Assembly: GCA_905261645.1 (NCBI GenBank)
Contig: CAJNOV010017209.1
Coordinates: 92,316 to 116,714, forward strand
Reading direction: 5' to 3'
DNA: 24,399 nucleotides
Source: Rotaria magnacalcarata
Lineage: Eukaryota
Shown here: positions 22,741 through 24,399 of the stretch, in pieces
Layout of the letters: every line of letters starts with the position of its first letter
How positions within the stretch are numbered: the stretch's first letter is position 1
Made by a program: the position numbers and the translations under genes
The notes under the pieces: model-generated
Told to the model about the DNA's origin: nothing
What the model saw: only the letters and a program-made list of their open reading frames with translations
The model's database searches: none

Positions 22741-23100
22741 GACATGTTAGTGTGCGTCTGGATATCATTGTGCGCGTGGTCACGACGGAGAGTGTAAGCG
22801 TCCGCGTGGCCTCCAGCGATAGCCTCAGTATCAGTGCGCGAAAATACTGTCTCACCGTGCTCGTTCATATGACCACTATCGTAGATTTCACCGCAGGTTC
22901 ACCTTTAACCATAGCGGCCTCGAAACTATCTGACAATACACATTTTATTTACCGAACACGTCATCGGCAATACTGCACCCTCAACAGACACATTAACACT
23001 CAAACCATTAATACTAGCTGAAACAAACACATCCACTCCCGTCCGACCAGACCACAACCATATCACGATAACCCATCTAACCCATGTTCACACCAATCCC

Positions 23101-23305
23101 GCGAATTCCGTAGCGGAATTGCATTTGAGACTGGACAGTAGCTGATATAAATTATCCATTGCTCCGTCAATTCCGGAATCACACGGAATTCCTAGGAGTT
23201 GGTATGCAGTCGTTCCAGTAATTCCGGAATTGTGTCGAAATGGATAAACGGAATCGGAGGAATTAGAAAGAATTGATTCCGTGCGTGGAACTGGTTCCGG
23301 AATGT
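23101..23305. repeat. Cluster of TTCCGGAA-type palindromes
   Basis: AATTCCGTAGCGGAATT, AATTCCGGAATCACACGGAATTCC, AATTCCGGAATTG and GTTCCGGAATG all occur within ~200 bp. Confidence 0.6.
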
Positions 23306-23409
23306 TCAACATTGCGGAATAGGATGTATTCTCAGTCTCGGGGGTTCTTGCAAGCGAAGAAGCCTCATCTTTGTAAGAGAAATGTCAGTCTCGGTACATC
23401 CCTACATAC

Positions 23410-23827
23410 ACTGTAAAAAAATCGTAGAATACTAAACCCTAGCAGAAGGGTTTATTACAGTCCTAAACCCTTCAACGTATATTAATATACCCTTTTATCG
23501 CTCATTCTAAATTTCCTAAACCCTTTGAGGGTTTATTAGACCTCATAAACCCTTTTAAAGATTTTATTATACGTTTCACTTTCATAAACTCTTAAGGGTT
23601 TATTAAGTTTCCTAAAGTCTGTTTAACCTCATAAAGCCTTAGTGGTTTATGAAAGTACAATGTATAATAAACCCTTTAAAAGGGTTTATGAGATCTAATA
23701 AACCCTTAAAGGGTTTATAAAATTTAGAATAAGCGATAAAAGGGTACATTAATATACGTTGAAGGGTCGAGAACTGTAATAAACCCTTTTACTAGGGTTT
23801 ATTATTCCACGATTTTGTTTTATACTG
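23410..23827. mobile_element. 418-bp foldback element / MITE, essentially one giant hairpin, TA flanked
   Basis: Left arm ...ATCGTAGAATACTAAACCCTAGCAGAAGGGTTTATTACAGTCCTAAACCCTTCAACGTATATTAATATACCCTTTTATCGCTCATTCTAAATTT... Reverse complement of the right arm ...ATCGTGGAATAATAAACCCTAGTAAAAGGGTTTATTACAGTTCTCGACCCTTCAACGTATATTAATGTACCCTTTTATCGCTTATTCTAAATTT... Arms ~200 bp. TA at 23408-23409 and 23828-23829. Confidence 0.85.
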
Positions 23828-24399
23828 TACACCCACATCCTCTCATGTTATGAAATAGTGATTCCCAACACTACTTTGCAGTTTTCGCTCGATGCATGTA
23901 CTTGCTCTGGCAGTTCCCCGCATGGAATACACAAAACAATGACACTGCATAATTAAATTGTAAAAAGAATTTCCAGAATAATAATGTGACGGATTTCATC
24001 CATCACGGCTCCTTCAAGAGTGCATGTACTCATTAATCACTCTTATCATTTAATCATTAGTTTACATTTGCTTCTCTCTTCTCTTCTTCTTCACTGTTTA
24101 TATTATTGGTACCAGCATTGTTACTCAAAAAGCATTCATTCTGAATAAAAAGCTTGTTAGCGCAGCTACTTTGTAGCTGAAATGTGGAACTCAAATATTA
24201 CCTAAAAGAGAATACGCTATTTAATAGTACTGCTTTATGTAAGAAAGTATGGTATAAACTATAGAACGAGTGAAAACCACCAGTCAAGTATTATTGGGCT
24301 CATTGATAGTGATCAGTATCATCAAAGAAGTATCAAAAAACTTTTTCAAATTGTTCTTTTAATTGAACTAAATTGTTCTTGTTTCTAGAATACGCATAA

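Noticed and set aside
23410-23827. AAACCCT/AGGGTTT motifs read as plant-type telomere repeats
   Set aside because: The motifs are not tandem and vary in length (CCCTTTT, CCCTTTG); they are better explained by the foldback element.

Overview
The window looks like animal genomic DNA, most likely from a bdelloid rotifer. That assignment is an inference from short phase-consistent introns, a large LDLa/EGF/7TM mosaic receptor, and TGTGGG-type motifs. I support four protein loci. (1) Minus 56-1721: a colinear but broken ammonium transporter (Amt/MEP) pseudogene with four in-frame stops and a frameshift. (2) Minus 4202-6304: an intact 5-exon TRIC/TMEM38 cation channel, 315 aa, which the ORF track does not assemble. 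(3) Minus 6380-7498: an intronless 372 aa carbon-nitrogen hydrolase (nitrilase superfamily) only 75 bp upstream of TRIC. The gap holds a strong polypyrimidine tract, an operon/trans-splice-like layout. (4) Plus 11411-16652: a ~1700 aa LDL-receptor-A/EGF/7TM GPCR. It has 53-bp introns and one anomalous in-frame TAA, which could instead lie in a 27-nt intron. This receptor gene is bracketed by GGGTGTGGGTGTGGG / CCCACACCCACACC inverted motifs resembling bdelloid telomere repeats. The rest, mainly 16.9-24.4 kb, is dominated by non-autonomous inverted-repeat elements. These include a hAT-like MITE with a perfect 8-bp TSD (2374-2760), a TA-flanked TIR element (17041-17716), a ~1.5 kb inverted-repeat element with a nested smaller one (17941-19475), and a 418-bp whole-element hairpin with TA flanks (23410-23827). 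There is also a 30-bp tandem repeat at 22.6 kb. All coordinates were read by eye, and no database search was run.
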